A stretch of 64,000 bases of DNA, from positions 3,904,001 through 3,968,000 of the forward strand of contig CAWKDB010000010.1 in the NCBI GenBank assembly GCA_963848295.1, read 5' to 3'. The position numbers and the translations under genes were made by a program. Shown here in pieces: positions 62,883 to 64,000 of the stretch. The stretch comes from an uncultured delta proteobacterium (GTDB lineage: Bacteria > Myxococcota_A > Polyangia > Haliangiales > Haliangiaceae). Within the stretch, counting starts at the first letter, position 1. Each line of letters begins with the position of its first letter. Under the pieces are notes generated by a model. That model had not been told where the DNA came from. It did no database searches and saw only the letters and a list, made by a program, of their open reading frames with translations.

Positions 62883-63953
62883 CTACTTCGTAGCTTTGCC
62901 ACCGGCACCCGCGGCGCCGCCTGCCGTGCGCGGTATCGCGTTGTACAGGCCATTGAGGACTCCCGGCGGGAACAAGAACTGCGGGACCTTCGAGAAGTCG
63001 CCGAGCAAGATCGTCGTGCCCGAGCCGCCGAGCTGACCAAGCGCCTCGTAGGCCTTCATCTGCACGCTGAGCGGTGAGATCGCTTGGGTCTGCGCGCGGT
63101 TCTCGTCGGCGTGCGCCTTCGCGAGGATCGTGATCGCCTCTGCCTCGGCGTGGGCCTTCGCGACCGTGCCCGCGGCCTTCGCCTTCTCGAGCAACGCGTC
63201 TTCTTCGGCGATCGCGCGCTCGTTCTTCTTTTCTTCGAGCTCCTTCTTCATCCGGAGCTCCTCGGCTTCAGCTTCGTTCTGGATCTGCAGCTGTCGGCTC
63301 GCTGCTTCTTGCTCGGCGGCGAGCTTCTTGCGGAGCGCGTCGTTCTCCATCGCAGCCTTCTGACGGATCGCCTCCTGCTCGGCGACGAGCCGCTGCTCGT
63401 TCGCCTCGAGGATCGCCGGTGCGTAGTGGATCGACTCGATCGTAATGGATTCGATCGCGACGTGCTTGCCCTTCGTGCGGCGGCGCACGTCGGCTTCGAT
63501 CTCGTTCTCGATCGCTTCCTTCGACGCGTGGATCTCTTGGTACATGTGATGCGCGAACACGCCGCTCGCCGCGCTGCGGAACTCCGGGCCGATGACCTCG
63601 TCGAAGTAGTTCGCGCCGCCGATCTCGGTCTGCAGCTCGTAGAGCTCCGAGATGATCGGCTTGTAGATCACGCTGAGCTCGAGATCGAGCGCGAGGTGAT
63701 CCTGCGACGTCGTGTGCAGCTCGGCGTGTTTGGTCGAGAACGTGACGTCGAAGTCTTCGATCCCGCCGCAATCGTGCAAGAAACAGAAGATGCCGAGCTG
63801 ATGCTTGCCCTCGGACAAGATCTCGCGCTGTAACCCGCCGTGCGGCTCGAAGCGCAAGCCGCGATGGCCAGATGCGATGGTTTGGTACGCGCACGCCGGG
63901 ATCACGGCGACCGCGAGCGGCAAGATATAGGCGAGACGGACGGATCGAAACAT
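62883..63953 (-). CDS. SPFH/prohibitin (band 7) protein
   Basis: N-terminal anchor, I..GHRG, TSQD, AE-rich coiled coil. Confidence 0.85.
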   Translation of the reverse strand: MFRSVRLAYILPLAVAVIPACAYQTIASGHRGLRFEPHGGLQREILSEGKHQLGIFCFLHDCGGIEDFDVTFSTKHAELHTTSQDHLALDLELSVIYKPIISELYELQTEIGGANYFDEVIGPEFRSAASGVFAHHMYQEIHASKEAIENEIEADVRRRTKGKHVAIESITIESIHYAPAILEANEQRLVAEQEAIRQKAAMENDALRKKLAAEQEAASRQLQIQNEAEAEELRMKKELEEKKNERAIAEEDALLEKAKAAGTVAKAHAEAEAITILAKAHADENRAQTQAISPLSVQMKAYEALGQLGGSGTTILLGDFSKVPQFLFPPGVLNGLYNAIPRTAGGAAGAGGKATK

Positions 63954-64000
63954 AGCGAGCTCCTTTAGTCGTGAGTTAGGGCCGCAGGCCCTCGAGCCAA

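Overview
GC-rich bacterial chromosomal window, inferred to be Myxococcota (MYXO-CTERM-like tails, GKAD lipoprotein motif, Ser/Thr kinase with DUF4388-like tail, ImuA-like gene). It holds about 50 mostly housekeeping or envelope genes, including hpt, ndh, folE, mutY, groES-groEL with a CIRCE box, kynA/kynU and moeA. Several single-base frameshifts (groEL, RsbR-like gene, parE) look like assembly indels. Accessory DNA: (1) a HUH/Y1 RAYT-like transposase bracketed by inverted CCGGA-loop-TCCGG hairpins, with an irregular array of about 9 copies of a 23-bp motif on one side; (2) a family of 57-bp double-hairpin elements inserted in frame inside genes (5 tandem copies in mutY, 1 diverged copy in a multiheme cytochrome, perhaps a remnant in imuA); (3) a 122-bp structured repeat found twice between convergent genes, one copy nested in 55-bp inverted repeats; (4) a complete 3252-bp IS256-family element (TIRs plus 9-bp TSD) carrying an immunity-like passenger gene; (5) a ParE-type TA pair behind a fabH 5' remnant; (6) a BsuBI/PstI-type RM pair after an orphan imuA. 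All calls come from reading motifs by eye; no database searches were run.
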